From the NCBI GenBank assembly GCA_040218735.1, contig JAVJQW010000057.1:352001-416000 (forward strand): a stretch of 64,000 nucleotides of DNA. The letters run 5' to 3'. The translations under genes were made by a program, and so were the position numbers. Source of the stretch: Deltaproteobacteria bacterium. GTDB taxonomy: Bacteria; Myxococcota; Kuafuiibacteriia; Kuafuiibacteriales; Kuafuiibacteriaceae. Positions 11,404-21,148 of the stretch are shown here, piece after piece; positions within the stretch are counted from its first letter, which is position 1, and each line of letters opens with the position of its first letter. The notes below the pieces were generated by a model. That model had not been told where the DNA came from and did not search any database. It saw nothing but the letters and a program-made list of their open reading frames with translations.

Positions 11404-12963
11404 ATGTCGATCGCTTGGCTCATCAACGGTGTCCTCGTCGCCGCGCTGATCGCGTTGGTGTGGCGTCGCCGTCGCTCCACATTGGCGCCGACCACGCCGC
11501 ACGATCTCATGAGCTCGTGCGCTTCGATCCTCGACGCGCTGTCGACCGCCTACGTCCTCCTCGACGGTGAGCAGATCGTCTTCGCGAACCGTGGCTTCGG
11601 CCGGCTGTTCGAGCTCGACCCGCGCGAGGTCGCGGGCTGCGCGCTCGTCGACGTGCTCGGCGCTCGACAAGTCGATCCCGCCCGCCTCGGCGGACTGACG
11701 GAAGGCGCCTTGTTCGCGACGTTGCCGCGCGCCGGCACGGTCGAGCTGACCAAGTCGGCGGCGGCGCCGCTGATGATCGAAGGGCGGCGCTTCGAGATCG
11801 TTCGCTTCGAACCGGCAGCGCAGCCCGACACCAGCGCCTTCGAACAACGGGACCGGCTCGCGTCACTCGGCATCATGACGGCGATGGTGATGCATCAGCA
11901 GAAAAGCGTGCTGCAGGCGTTGAACAACAACATCGCCGCGGCCATCGAAGAGCTGAACACCATCGACTTCGTCCACAACGACGAGCTGTCGGCGCTCGCC
12001 GAGGTCTACGCGTCGCTCACCGACATGGACGACGAGTCCCAGCGCATGGCGACGCTCGTCACCGACTTCGCCGAGTTCGTCTCACCGCAGAGCTCCACGC
12101 CCGGGCCCGTCGATCTGTCGAGCAGCGCCGAGCGCGCACTGCGCATGCTCCAGGGCCAAGCCGCACCGCGTACCCGCCTCGAGTCCGACCTGTCGGAGGT
12201 CGCGCTCGTGGTCGCGGAGGAGCTGCGCGTCCAACAGATCCTCATCAACCTCGTGACGAACGCGATGCAGGCCGTCGCCGACGGCGAGCGCGCCGGCGAG
12301 GTGACCGTGCGAACACTGGAGCGCGACGGTCGTGTGCACCTCGAGGTCGAGGACAACGGGCCCGGCATCCCCGCCGAGCTGCGGTCGCGCATCTTCGACC
12401 CGATGTTCACGACCAAACAGCGCGGCGAAGGCACGGGCCTCGGGCTGTTCATCGTCAAGCGGATCGCCGACGACCTCGGCGCGGTGCTCTCGCTCGACTC
12501 CGCCCCGGGACGCGGCACGAAGTTCACGCTCACGTTCGACCGCCTCGTACCGCGGTCGACCTCGGGTGCGGTCGTCCTGGAGCCCCAGGGCATCGACGGG
12601 CCCGCGAGCAGAATCCTGGTCGTCGACGAGGACCTCACGACCGTCGGGACGCTCCGCGCCCGCATGCCGTCGTGGCAGCTCACCGTCGCTCGGTCCCTCG
12701 AGGAGGGGAACGCCCTGCTCGACCGGCGTGCGTTCGATGTCGTCCTCATCGACGCCTCCCGCGGCACGGACGGGGTCGAGCGCACGGTGAACGCGCTGAC
12801 GAACGGGAACGGACGACGGACCCAGGTCGTGGTTATGGTCCGTCGCGGACAGGACCATCACGTGCGCCCGTGGGCGGAACCCGCCGGTTGTGCCATCGCG
12901 ACCAAACCGCTGGACGCCCAGGCGCTCGCGACGCGGCTCTCGACCCACCGCGCCCGCCCTTAG
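11404..12963 (+). CDS. Membrane hybrid histidine kinase (TM-PAS-HisKA-HATPase-receiver)
   Basis: N-terminal TM, PAS-like region, QILINLVTNAMQA, DNGPGI, FTTK and GTGLGL motifs; C-terminal receiver RILVVDED...DVVLID...KP. H-box is atypical. Start 11404 (alternative 11350). Confidence 0.85.
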   Translation: MSIAWLINGVLVAALIALVWRRRRSTLAPTTPHDLMSSCASILDALSTAYVLLDGEQIVFANRGFGRLFELDPREVAGCALVDVLGARQVDPARLGGLTEGALFATLPRAGTVELTKSAAAPLMIEGRRFEIVRFEPAAQPDTSAFEQRDRLASLGIMTAMVMHQQKSVLQALNNNIAAAIEELNTIDFVHNDELSALAEVYASLTDMDDESQRMATLVTDFAEFVSPQSSTPGPVDLSSSAERALRMLQGQAAPRTRLESDLSEVALVVAEELRVQQILINLVTNAMQAVADGERAGEVTVRTLERDGRVHLEVEDNGPGIPAELRSRIFDPMFTTKQRGEGTGLGLFIVKRIADDLGAVLSLDSAPGRGTKFTLTFDRLVPRSTSGAVVLEPQGIDGPASRILVVDEDLTTVGTLRARMPSWQLTVARSLEEGNALLDRRAFDVVLIDASRGTDGVERTVNALTNGNGRRTQVVVMVRRGQDHHVRPWAEPAGCAIATKPLDAQALATRLSTHRARP

Positions 12964-13004
12964 GTCTTTACATCGCCCGCGTTTCGTATGATGGCCCCGT
13001 CAGC

Positions 13005-15098
13005 GTGATCGGCTCAGGGCAGGAGCTCGACGAGCTCGCCGTACACTACGGCGTCGAGCGCACGTTCTTCGACGCGCACGGCACGCGCTACGACGCCTCC
13101 GAGGACGCCCTCGTCGCCATCCTCCGCTCCCTCGGCGCCGAGCTCGGCGACCACGCCGACGTCTCCCAGGCGCTCCGAGCACGACGCCAGGCGCTCGTCT
13201 CGGAGGTCATCGAACCGGTCATCGTGGTCTGGTCGGACCGCGCGCACGAAGCGGTGCTGCGGCTCCCCGTCGAGGCCATGGGCTCGGACTGGTCCGTCGA
13301 GGTCGACTGCGAGGGCGGCGAACACCTCGAAGCATCGGGTGACCTGCACAGCCTCCCGTTCCACGACGAGTGGACCGTCGAGGGCACGCGTTACATCCGC
13401 AAGCGGTTCCACTTCGGGCGCACCGTCCCGTTCGGCTACCACCGGCTCCGACTGACGACGGAAGGTCGCACGTACGAAGCGCTCCTCATCTCGGCCCCCG
13501 CGCAGGCGTACGCCGATCCCCGCCAGCGCCTGTGGGGCATCTTCGCGCCGACCTACGCGCTCCGCACGCGCGACGATCGCGGCATCGGCACGCTGCGGGA
13601 GCTCGAAGCGCTCCTCGAGCACACGAAGGCCGCCGGCGGACAGTTCGTCGGCACGCTCCCGCTCACGGCGACGTTCCTCGACGACCCGTTCGAGCCGAGC
13701 CCCTACGCGCCGGTGAGCCGGCTCTTCTTCAACGAGCTCTTCCTCGACATCGGACGCCTCCCGGAGCTCGACGCCTGCAAGGCCGCGCGTGCGTTGCTCG
13801 CGAACCAGGCGTTCGCCGAAGAGGTCGAAGCGCTCCGCGGGAACGCACGAGTCGACTACGCCAAGCAGGCGCAGATCGTCCGCCAGCTCCTCGAGCCGCT
13901 CGCCGCCGAAGCGTTCAAGTCCGGCGTGCCGGACGAGCTCGGAGCGTGGCTCGAGAAACACCCGCGCGCGACGCCGTACGCGATGTTCCGCGCCGCGACG
14001 AAGAAACGCGGCGACGTCTGGCCGGTGTGGCCGGAGGCCATGAAGCAGGGCGCGATCGCCGAGTCGGACGTCGACCCGGCCGAGGTCGAATATCACACGT
14101 ACGTGCAGTGGCGGATGAGCGAGCAGGTCGAACGCCTCGCCGCCGGCAAGAAGAACGGCGTCGGCCTGTACCTCGATCTCCCGCTCGGCGTGCACCCCGC
14201 CGGCTACGACGCGTGGGCGGAGCAGGACGTCTTCCTCGCGAACGTCGCGACGGGCGCCCCGCCCGACCCGCTGTTCGTCGGCGGACAGAACTGGGGCTTC
14301 GCGCCGATCGATCCGTCCGCGGCGCGGCGCTCCGAGTACAAGTACACCATCGAGTGCTTCCGCCATCAGATCGCGGCGGCCGGTGCGCTTCGCATCGACC
14401 ACGTGATGGGGCTCGAACGCATCTACATGATCCCGGACGGGCTCGACGCCAAACAGGGCGTCTACGTGCACCACCGCTCCGAGGAGCTGTACGCGATCCT
14501 CACGCTCGAATCACACCGCCACCAGACGATGATCGTCGGCGAGGACCTCGGCACCGTCCCGGACGTCGTGCGCGAGGCGATGCATCGGCACGAGCTGTTG
14601 CGCATGTACGTCATGCAATTCGGCTTGCAGTCCGACGAACACGACGCCATTCGCCCCGTCCCCGAGACCGCCGTCGGGAGCATGAACACCCACGACACGC
14701 CGACGTTCACGGCGTTCTGGGAGGGGCACGAGATCGACGTCCGGCGAGGGCTCGGTCACGTCAGCCCCGAGGACGCAGAGGCCGAGCACGAGGGGCGCCG
14801 CCACCTCCGCGCGGCGGTCAAAGCGTTCCTCGCCTCGCGCGGCCTCGCTTCGAAGGACGCCACGACCCGCGAGGTCTACGGCGCGCTCCTCGAAGAGCTC
14901 GCGAAGAGCCCGGCGCGTCTGGTCCTCGTGAACCTGGAAGACCTGTTCCTGGAGCGTGGCGCTCAGAACGTGCCCGGGACGACCACCGAGCACCCGAACT
15001 GGCAGAAGAAGATCGCGCAGACGCTCGAAGAGGCGTTCGCGTCCGAGCGCATCCAGGCGCTCCTGGCGCGCGTGGATCAGGCCCGGTCTTTCGAGTAA
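13005..15098 (+). CDS. malQ: 4-alpha-glucanotransferase (amylomaltase, GH77)
   Basis: SPYAPVSRLF, GLYLDLPLG, GAPPD...GQNWG, LRIDHVMG, VGEDLG, THDTPT and NVPGT...PNW. GTG start chosen at 13005, after the upstream stop. Confidence 0.95.
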   Translation: MIGSGQELDELAVHYGVERTFFDAHGTRYDASEDALVAILRSLGAELGDHADVSQALRARRQALVSEVIEPVIVVWSDRAHEAVLRLPVEAMGSDWSVEVDCEGGEHLEASGDLHSLPFHDEWTVEGTRYIRKRFHFGRTVPFGYHRLRLTTEGRTYEALLISAPAQAYADPRQRLWGIFAPTYALRTRDDRGIGTLRELEALLEHTKAAGGQFVGTLPLTATFLDDPFEPSPYAPVSRLFFNELFLDIGRLPELDACKAARALLANQAFAEEVEALRGNARVDYAKQAQIVRQLLEPLAAEAFKSGVPDELGAWLEKHPRATPYAMFRAATKKRGDVWPVWPEAMKQGAIAESDVDPAEVEYHTYVQWRMSEQVERLAAGKKNGVGLYLDLPLGVHPAGYDAWAEQDVFLANVATGAPPDPLFVGGQNWGFAPIDPSAARRSEYKYTIECFRHQIAAAGALRIDHVMGLERIYMIPDGLDAKQGVYVHHRSEELYAILTLESHRHQTMIVGEDLGTVPDVVREAMHRHELLRMYVMQFGLQSDEHDAIRPVPETAVGSMNTHDTPTFTAFWEGHEIDVRRGLGHVSPEDAEAEHEGRRHLRAAVKAFLASRGLASKDATTREVYGALLEELAKSPARLVLVNLEDLFLERGAQNVPGTTTEHPNWQKKIAQTLEEAFASERIQALLARVDQARSFE

Positions 15099-15113
15099 CG
15101 TTTTCCCCAGACC

Positions 15114-16739
15114 TTGGGGAGACGAATCGCGCCCTACGTCGTCGGCTTCGCGCTGGCGGCCTGCACCGCCGAGCCGGTGGACCCGCCCGTCGTCGACGTC
15201 GAGCGCGACGCGGGGCCGGAGGTCATCGCGCAGCTCCTCCCGCTCCATCGCTGCCGCACGCCCGAGGTCACGACGCCGTTCGTCGACGTGTCGTCGTGCA
15301 CCCACGTCGAGGCGCGCCGCGGCTACGACGACAACTATCAGACGTCCGGCCAGGCCTTCGCCGACATCGACAACGACGGCTGGCTCGACCTCTACGTCAC
15401 GGACACCACCGGCCCCAACACCTTGTACGGCAACAACGGGGACGGCACGTTCTCGATCGCACGCCAGCACCCCGCGGTCTCCGGGCACTACGCGAGCGGC
15501 GGCGCGGTGTTCGCCGACTACAACAACGACGGCTACGCGGATCTGTACGTGCTGAACTTCGGCGCCAACGCGCTGTACCGCAACGACCGGGGGGTGCGGT
15601 TCGTCGACGTCACCGCGACGGCGGGCGTCGGTGATCCGGGCAAGAGCCAGACCGCAGCGTGGGGTGACTACGACAACGATGGGTTCATCGATCTGTACGT
15701 CACCAACTGGGCGTGCCCGGAGTGCGACGGCGACCCGCTCGTAACGAGCCGCGACACGCTCTATCACAACGAGGGCAACGGCACGTTCACCGACGTCTCC
15801 CATCTGCTCGGGGGCATCGAGCTGTCGGGCGCGGGGTTCGTGACGTCGTTCCTCGACTTCGACGACGACGGCGACCTCGATCTGTACGTCGTGAACGACA
15901 AGGGCTACCCGGGCCCGCGCGAAGAAGGGGGGCCGATGAATCGCAACCTCCTGTTCGTGAACGAAGGTGAAGGCTGCGGCGGGTGGTGCTTCGTCGACCG
16001 CGCCGTCGAAGCCGGCGCGGACCTCGCCAACGACGGGATGGGGCTCGCGATCACCGACTACGACGACGACGGCGACCTCGACATGTTCGTCACCGACATC
16101 GGACCGCCGCACTTCCTCGAGAACCAGGGTGACGGCACGTTCGTCGACGTCACGGAGCGCACGAAGACCGGCTACGACCACGAGAGCTGGGGCACGGTGT
16201 TCCTCGACTACGACAACGACGGACGCCAAGACCTGTACTTCGCGCTGGGGATCGCGTTCGGGTTCGAGAGTCCGAACCGCCTGTTCTGGAACGCGGGCGA
16301 CGGGACCTTCGAAGACGTCTCCGACACGAGCGGCGCGAGCGACGCCGCCTACACGATCGGCGTCGCGAGCGGTGACTACGACAACGACGGTGCGGTCGAC
16401 CTCGTCATCGGCAACTGGGCGCGCGGCTATCGGCTGCTGAGGAACCTCGCGACCGAGCAGAACGACCACGCGTGGATCACGCTGAAGATGGTCGGCGGCG
16501 GCTTCGTGAACCGCGACGCGATCGGCACGCGCGTCACGGTCGTGACGTCCGACGGACGACGCCTCACCCAGGAGGTGAAGAGCGGTTCGAGCAACGGCTC
16601 GGGCAACGACATGCGTCTGCACTTCGGGCTCGGCGACGCCGCGATCGACCACCTCGAGATCCGGTGGCCCGACGGCTTGCGACAGACGGTCGAAGACGTC
16701 GAGCCCCGGCAGCGGTTGACCCTTCCCTATCCGGGCTGA
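15114..16739 (+). CDS. CRTAC1-family lipoprotein (FG-GAP/VCBS repeats plus ASPIC/UnbV domain)
   Basis: Lipobox LAAC, seven DxD/NxDGxxDL repeats, and C-terminal AIGTRVTV...LHFGLG...IRWPDG. Confidence 0.9.
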   Translation: MGRRIAPYVVGFALAACTAEPVDPPVVDVERDAGPEVIAQLLPLHRCRTPEVTTPFVDVSSCTHVEARRGYDDNYQTSGQAFADIDNDGWLDLYVTDTTGPNTLYGNNGDGTFSIARQHPAVSGHYASGGAVFADYNNDGYADLYVLNFGANALYRNDRGVRFVDVTATAGVGDPGKSQTAAWGDYDNDGFIDLYVTNWACPECDGDPLVTSRDTLYHNEGNGTFTDVSHLLGGIELSGAGFVTSFLDFDDDGDLDLYVVNDKGYPGPREEGGPMNRNLLFVNEGEGCGGWCFVDRAVEAGADLANDGMGLAITDYDDDGDLDMFVTDIGPPHFLENQGDGTFVDVTERTKTGYDHESWGTVFLDYDNDGRQDLYFALGIAFGFESPNRLFWNAGDGTFEDVSDTSGASDAAYTIGVASGDYDNDGAVDLVIGNWARGYRLLRNLATEQNDHAWITLKMVGGGFVNRDAIGTRVTVVTSDGRRLTQEVKSGSSNGSGNDMRLHFGLGDAAIDHLEIRWPDGLRQTVEDVEPRQRLTLPYPG

Positions 16740-16759
16740 GCGCGGCATGGTCCGCGGCG

Positions 16760-17311
16760 ATGGACGAGTTGGTCAGCGAGCACCTCGCATCGAACGTGCG
16801 GCTGCTCCGCGAGGCGCGCGGTCTCACGCAACAGCAGATCGCGAAGACGGCCGGCGTGCCGCGCCCGACCTGGGCGCACCTCGAGTCCGGGGCCGCGAAC
16901 CCCACGCTCCAAGTCCTGGTCAAGGTGGCCGCCGCGCTGCAGGTTCGCGTCGAGGAGCTGATCGGTCCGCCGAAGGCCGTCGCCAAGCACTACGCGGCGT
17001 CTACGCTCCCGGTGCGCCGCCGCCAGACCTGTACGATCCGCCGGCTCCTCCCGGAGGCGCTGAAGGGCCTCGAAATCGAACGCTTCGAGCTCCCCGCGGG
17101 GGCGATGTTCTCCGGAGTCCCGCACACGCCGGGGACGCGGGAGTACCTGACCTGCGAGGTCGGAGAGCTCGAGCTTCGCGTGTCTGGGACGAAATACAGC
17201 CTCCGTGAAGGGGATGTCGTGGTGTTTCGCGGCGATCAGAAACACGGGTACAGGAACCCGGGACGGAAGAAGGCCATCGCGTACAGCGTCGTGGCCTTCA
17301 GCCCGGGTTAG
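16760..17311 (+). CDS. XRE-family transcriptional regulator with cupin domain
   Basis: LREARGLTQQQIA...LESGAANPTL helix-turn-helix, and PHTPGTREYL...GDVVVFRGDQKHGYRNPG cupin. Confidence 0.92.
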   Translation: MDELVSEHLASNVRLLREARGLTQQQIAKTAGVPRPTWAHLESGAANPTLQVLVKVAAALQVRVEELIGPPKAVAKHYAASTLPVRRRQTCTIRRLLPEALKGLEIERFELPAGAMFSGVPHTPGTREYLTCEVGELELRVSGTKYSLREGDVVVFRGDQKHGYRNPGRKKAIAYSVVAFSPG

Positions 17312-17332
17312 CGGTATCGTCCCACCCCTACG

Positions 17333-20300
17333 ATGTCGGGCCAGAGCCCAGACGACGAGCTCGAAGCAGCGAATCCCCCAGCCCGTCAGGACCGAATCGC
17401 GACCGGACTGGTGAGTCGGGACGCGGACGACAAGGGCCTGGACGACGGTCTGCGCATTGGTGGGTACGTCGTGTTCCGCGATCTCGCGCTCGCGCCGGGC
17501 GTTCGACTCGCCGAAGCGCGCGACGCCGACGGGAAGCAAGTCCTGTTGCAGCTCGCGCGCTGCCGTCGCGCCGACTCGGCCGACCAACGCGAGCAGCGCC
17601 AGGATTACATTCGCATGGTCGCGTCGGCGACCGAGCACCTCACTCAGGACAGCGACCTCACGGTGTACGCACACGGCGCCGCGGACGAACCCGACGGCGC
17701 GCGCACCCTCTTCTGGGCCGTGCCTTGGATCGAGGGCGCCGAGCGCCTCGGGCGCGCGGCGGCGCAAGTGAAGACGGTGGAGCAGCTGATCGCGGCGGGC
17801 GCTTCGATCATGGAGCGGCTCGCGGCACGTCACGGTCGTGGTCGCCTCGACCCTCTCCTCTGCGAGCAGCTCCTGGTGCTGAAACCGACGGGCGGCGCGA
17901 CGCTCGTCGGCGTCCCGATTCACCTCCCCGACGAATGGATCGCGCGCGACGCGCCGCCCGCGCGACTCGCGCCCGAAGAACGCGAGACCGGCGAGCCCAC
18001 CGCGAAGGGGGATCTGTGGCGCGCGGGGATCGCGCTGCGTGCGCTCGCGTCGGGCCTCGACGCGTTGCCCGACGTCGTCGGGGATCTGATCGAAGGGCTG
18101 ACAAAAGCGACGCCCGACCAACGTCCGGCCAGCGCGCAGGACGTCTTGGTGGAGCTCGAGTCGATGGACGGCACCCTCGCCGCGTCGCAGGAGCCCGGGG
18201 GTTCGAAGCCCGCCGCCGCGACGGTCGAAGAACCTGCGCCGCCGATGGAGGTGGTGTCGTCGCAAGCGTCGGCGGAGCCCGTCGCAGAGCCCGCCGACTG
18301 GGCGCTCCAGACGCTGCACGACGATCGCGGCGCGGCGAAGGAGCTGGAGACCCTGCTCGGCGACGTCACTCCCGACGAGATCCGCCAAGCCCGCGACGCG
18401 GTGCGCGCGGCCGTGGCCGCGAAGGACGAAAAGAGCGCCGTGGTCCAGCCGGACGCGACGCCGGTCGACATGCCCGCGCTCGACGTCAAGCCGACGGAGC
18501 CGCTCGGATCCGACGAGTCCGAGACGGTGGCGGCCGGCGACGAAGAGGTCGAGACGGACGCCCACAAGAAAGCGGACATCGACGCGGTCAACGAGGAGCT
18601 CAAACACGAGCAGCAGTCGAAGCCGGGCACGGCCTCCGAGCAGCCGACCAAACCTCCGGGCATCTGGACGCGCGCGCAGCAGCAACAAACGGTGCGGGTC
18701 CCCTATCCGGAGACGTCGGAGTCGACGACGGCCGAGCAGGTGCAGGCCTCGGACGACGAGATACGCGACTCGGACGAGGTGCGGTTCGGTCGTCTCCCCG
18801 CGCCGACGTCGATCCCCGAAGCGCCGACGCTCCTCGACGCGAAGAAGCCGAAGGAACGGCAGACGTTCACCAAGCAGCCCGACCCGCCGCGCGGCCGTCC
18901 GGATCCACACTTCACGAAGACGCTGATCGACGCGCCGATGCCCGACCTCTCGACCGACGCCTCGGACGTCGTGCTGCACGAGTCGAACGCCGCGCCGCCG
19001 CCGGAGGGCGCGACGGCGAACGACCCGGCTTCGGAGATGACCCTCCGCGACGTGTCGCGCGCCGACCTCGAACGCATGGAGCGCTCGCGCGGGGACGAGT
19101 CGGAGTTCCCGACGATGGACGACAGCCTGCGCAAGAACCCGCGTCGTCCCGATCCGCCGACGAAGCGCACCGTCTGGGACACGGACACGCCGTCGCACGG
19201 CGTGAGCGCGGCGGCCGCCGCGGCCGGTGCGATGGGGCCTAAGGGGACGGTGGTGGGCGTTCGGCTGATCCACGACCCCACGGGTCTGCGCCCCGTGCCG
19301 AACCTCCCGCGCCTGCTCCCGCCGGGCGGGAACATGAGCGGGCCGCCCGCGGGCCTCCTCCCGGCGGCGACCGGCCCCGCGCAGGAGCACGAAGACCTCG
19401 CCGCGCAGATCCCCGGCGGCGCGACGATCGCTGGCCAACCCGCGCTGCTCGGCGACCCCAACATGCTCGCGCTGCGTGCGCGTTCGCTACAGCCGGCGCC
19501 GAGTGATGCCCGCGCGCTCCCGCCGGGTGGGTGGCCGGACGGATCGCAGGGCGCGCTGGTTCCGCCGAACGCGCGGGCGATTCAACCGGCGGTTTCGCAA
19601 GAAGGCATGCTGGTGCGTCCGCCTGCGCGGGACCTCCCGCCGGCGTCTTCGCAGAACCCGTCGCAGAGCCACTCCGGTTTCGAGGCGCCGCAGCTGCCCG
19701 CGCCGATCGAAGCGCCGCAGCCCTCGCAGGATCTACCGAAGGTCTCGCGGAGCACGCCGCCGCAGAGTCACAGCGAGCCGACACCGCCTCCGCCCCGTCG
19801 ATCGTCGGCGTGGTTCTTCTTCGGCGCGATCCTCTTCTTCGCGACCGGTGGTGCGGTCGCGCTGGGGCTGTCGTTCCTGTTCCCGGGCTCCGGGAGCCCG
19901 ACGGCCAACCTCGGTCGCAACCCCGCGGCGATCCCGGCGCAGACGAACCCGTACGCGATCGGGCCGGCTGCGGAGGTCGTGCTGGAAGCGACGCCGCGCG
20001 ACGCGAAGGTCCTCTCGGAGCGGACCGGGCGGATCCTGGGGACGACGCCGCTTCGGTTCCTGGTCCCGCAGGGGGTGCCGACGGCGGTCATGGTCGCGGC
20101 GGAGGGCTACGAGCCGCAGCGTTTGGTGCTCCCCGATCGCGGACGCATCAGCACGGACCTCGTGCCGCTCGGCAAGAACGAGCACTGCCGAGTGTCGATC
20201 ACCGCGCCGGAGGGTGTGGGGCTGGAAGGGTTCGGCGGTGACGTCGAGGTCGGCACACGCTTCAGGATCCCCGGGAGCGTGGTGCTCCGTTCCGAGGGGC

Positions 20301-20653
20301 ACGGAGCCTGGCTCGTGCGCTGCCCGAAGTTCGGTGGCTCGGGTGAGGTGACACTCGACAAGTTCCCACCGCAGCGCGACGTCGCCTTGGAGATCACCGG
20401 CCCGTGGGGCGCCGAGGTCAAGATGAACGGCGAGATGCGCGGCAAGGTGCCGGTGACGATCGACCAGCCCATCGACTTCTACGAGGTCGAGGTCAAGGAC
20501 AACGACGGGACGGTGTCGCGCTGGCTCCCGCTCGTCGGGAAGACGCAGCTCAAGATGCCGGACCCGCGCCGCGCCGCGCCGCCGCCCCCGACACCCGAGG
20601 AAGAAGAGCCGAAGGACAAGCCGAAGAAGCGGCGCCGTCGGCGACGTCGTTAA
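17333..20653 (+). CDS. Membrane protein: Ser/Thr pseudokinase, long disordered linker, TM and PEGA-like domains
   Basis: Kinase C-lobe motifs LAPEE, KGDLWRAG and PDQRPASA are retained but HRD/DFG are missing. A Pro/Glu-rich linker precedes the TM (WFFFGAILFFATGGAVALGL), followed by LGTTPL and RGKVPV PEGA-type motifs. Confidence 0.8.
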   Translation: MSGQSPDDELEAANPPARQDRIATGLVSRDADDKGLDDGLRIGGYVVFRDLALAPGVRLAEARDADGKQVLLQLARCRRADSADQREQRQDYIRMVASATEHLTQDSDLTVYAHGAADEPDGARTLFWAVPWIEGAERLGRAAAQVKTVEQLIAAGASIMERLAARHGRGRLDPLLCEQLLVLKPTGGATLVGVPIHLPDEWIARDAPPARLAPEERETGEPTAKGDLWRAGIALRALASGLDALPDVVGDLIEGLTKATPDQRPASAQDVLVELESMDGTLAASQEPGGSKPAAATVEEPAPPMEVVSSQASAEPVAEPADWALQTLHDDRGAAKELETLLGDVTPDEIRQARDAVRAAVAAKDEKSAVVQPDATPVDMPALDVKPTEPLGSDESETVAAGDEEVETDAHKKADIDAVNEELKHEQQSKPGTASEQPTKPPGIWTRAQQQQTVRVPYPETSESTTAEQVQASDDEIRDSDEVRFGRLPAPTSIPEAPTLLDAKKPKERQTFTKQPDPPRGRPDPHFTKTLIDAPMPDLSTDASDVVLHESNAAPPPEGATANDPASEMTLRDVSRADLERMERSRGDESEFPTMDDSLRKNPRRPDPPTKRTVWDTDTPSHGVSAAAAAAGAMGPKGTVVGVRLIHDPTGLRPVPNLPRLLPPGGNMSGPPAGLLPAATGPAQEHEDLAAQIPGGATIAGQPALLGDPNMLALRARSLQPAPSDARALPPGGWPDGSQGALVPPNARAIQPAVSQEGMLVRPPARDLPPASSQNPSQSHSGFEAPQLPAPIEAPQPSQDLPKVSRSTPPQSHSEPTPPPPRRSSAWFFFGAILFFATGGAVALGLSFLFPGSGSPTANLGRNPAAIPAQTNPYAIGPAAEVVLEATPRDAKVLSERTGRILGTTPLRFLVPQGVPTAVMVAAEGYEPQRLVLPDRGRISTDLVPLGKNEHCRVSITAPEGVGLEGFGGDVEVGTRFRIPGSVVLRSEGHGAWLVRCPKFGGSGEVTLDKFPPQRDVALEITGPWGAEVKMNGEMRGKVPVTIDQPIDFYEVEVKDNDGTVSRWLPLVGKTQLKMPDPRRAAPPPPTPEEEEPKDKPKKRRRRRRR

Positions 20654-21057
20654 CTCAGGCGACGACGCAGGCTCCCGTCGAAGACGGAGGGCGCCTCCAT
20701 CAAGAACCAGAGCGCGATGGCTGCGTCGAGGATCGCGCAGCCGAGCGAGGACGTCTCCATGAACGGCCAGATCGGGTTGCCGTAGAAGTGGTGCAAGAGG
20801 TCCCAGCCGGTGTGCATCAACCAGGCGATGCCGATGAACCGGTATGACTTCAGCCCGAGGTACGCGACGTACGCCCCGACCACGACGTACGTCAGCTCCC
20901 AGACGCCGAACCCACCCGCCACGTAGGCTCCGGCGGCCCCGCCTACGAAGACCGCGTTGAATCGCTGCCGCGCAGGCTCGCGGATCAGTGACATGAGGAG
21001 CACGAAGCCGAGCGCGCCGATCAGCGGGCCGACGAAATCCATCACCTGAAGTTCCAT
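20650..21057 (-). CDS. DUF6010-like membrane protein
   Basis: Hydrophobic 135 aa with AWLMHTGWDLLHH and GCAILD motifs; divergent from the AraC regulator. Confidence 0.75.
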   Translation of the reverse strand: MELQVMDFVGPLIGALGFVLLMSLIREPARQRFNAVFVGGAAGAYVAGGFGVWELTYVVVGAYVAYLGLKSYRFIGIAWLMHTGWDLLHHFYGNPIWPFMETSSLGCAILDAAIALWFLMEAPSVFDGSLRRRLS

Positions 21058-21092
21058 GGTTCGAGCGTACGAATTCCTGCATCATGGGCCAG

Positions 21093-21127
21093 TGGCCAAA
21101 ACGACAACGTTCGAAGGATTCCAGCCA
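21093..21127. promoter_or_regulatory. Candidate operator for the GlxA/AdpA-type regulator
   Basis: TGGC-N27-GCCA inverted ends between the divergent genes. The reverse half TGGCTGGAAT is one mismatch from the AdpA-type TGGCSNGWWY box. Confidence 0.35.
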
Positions 21128-21148
21128 AAATCGAATCACCCCCATCGG

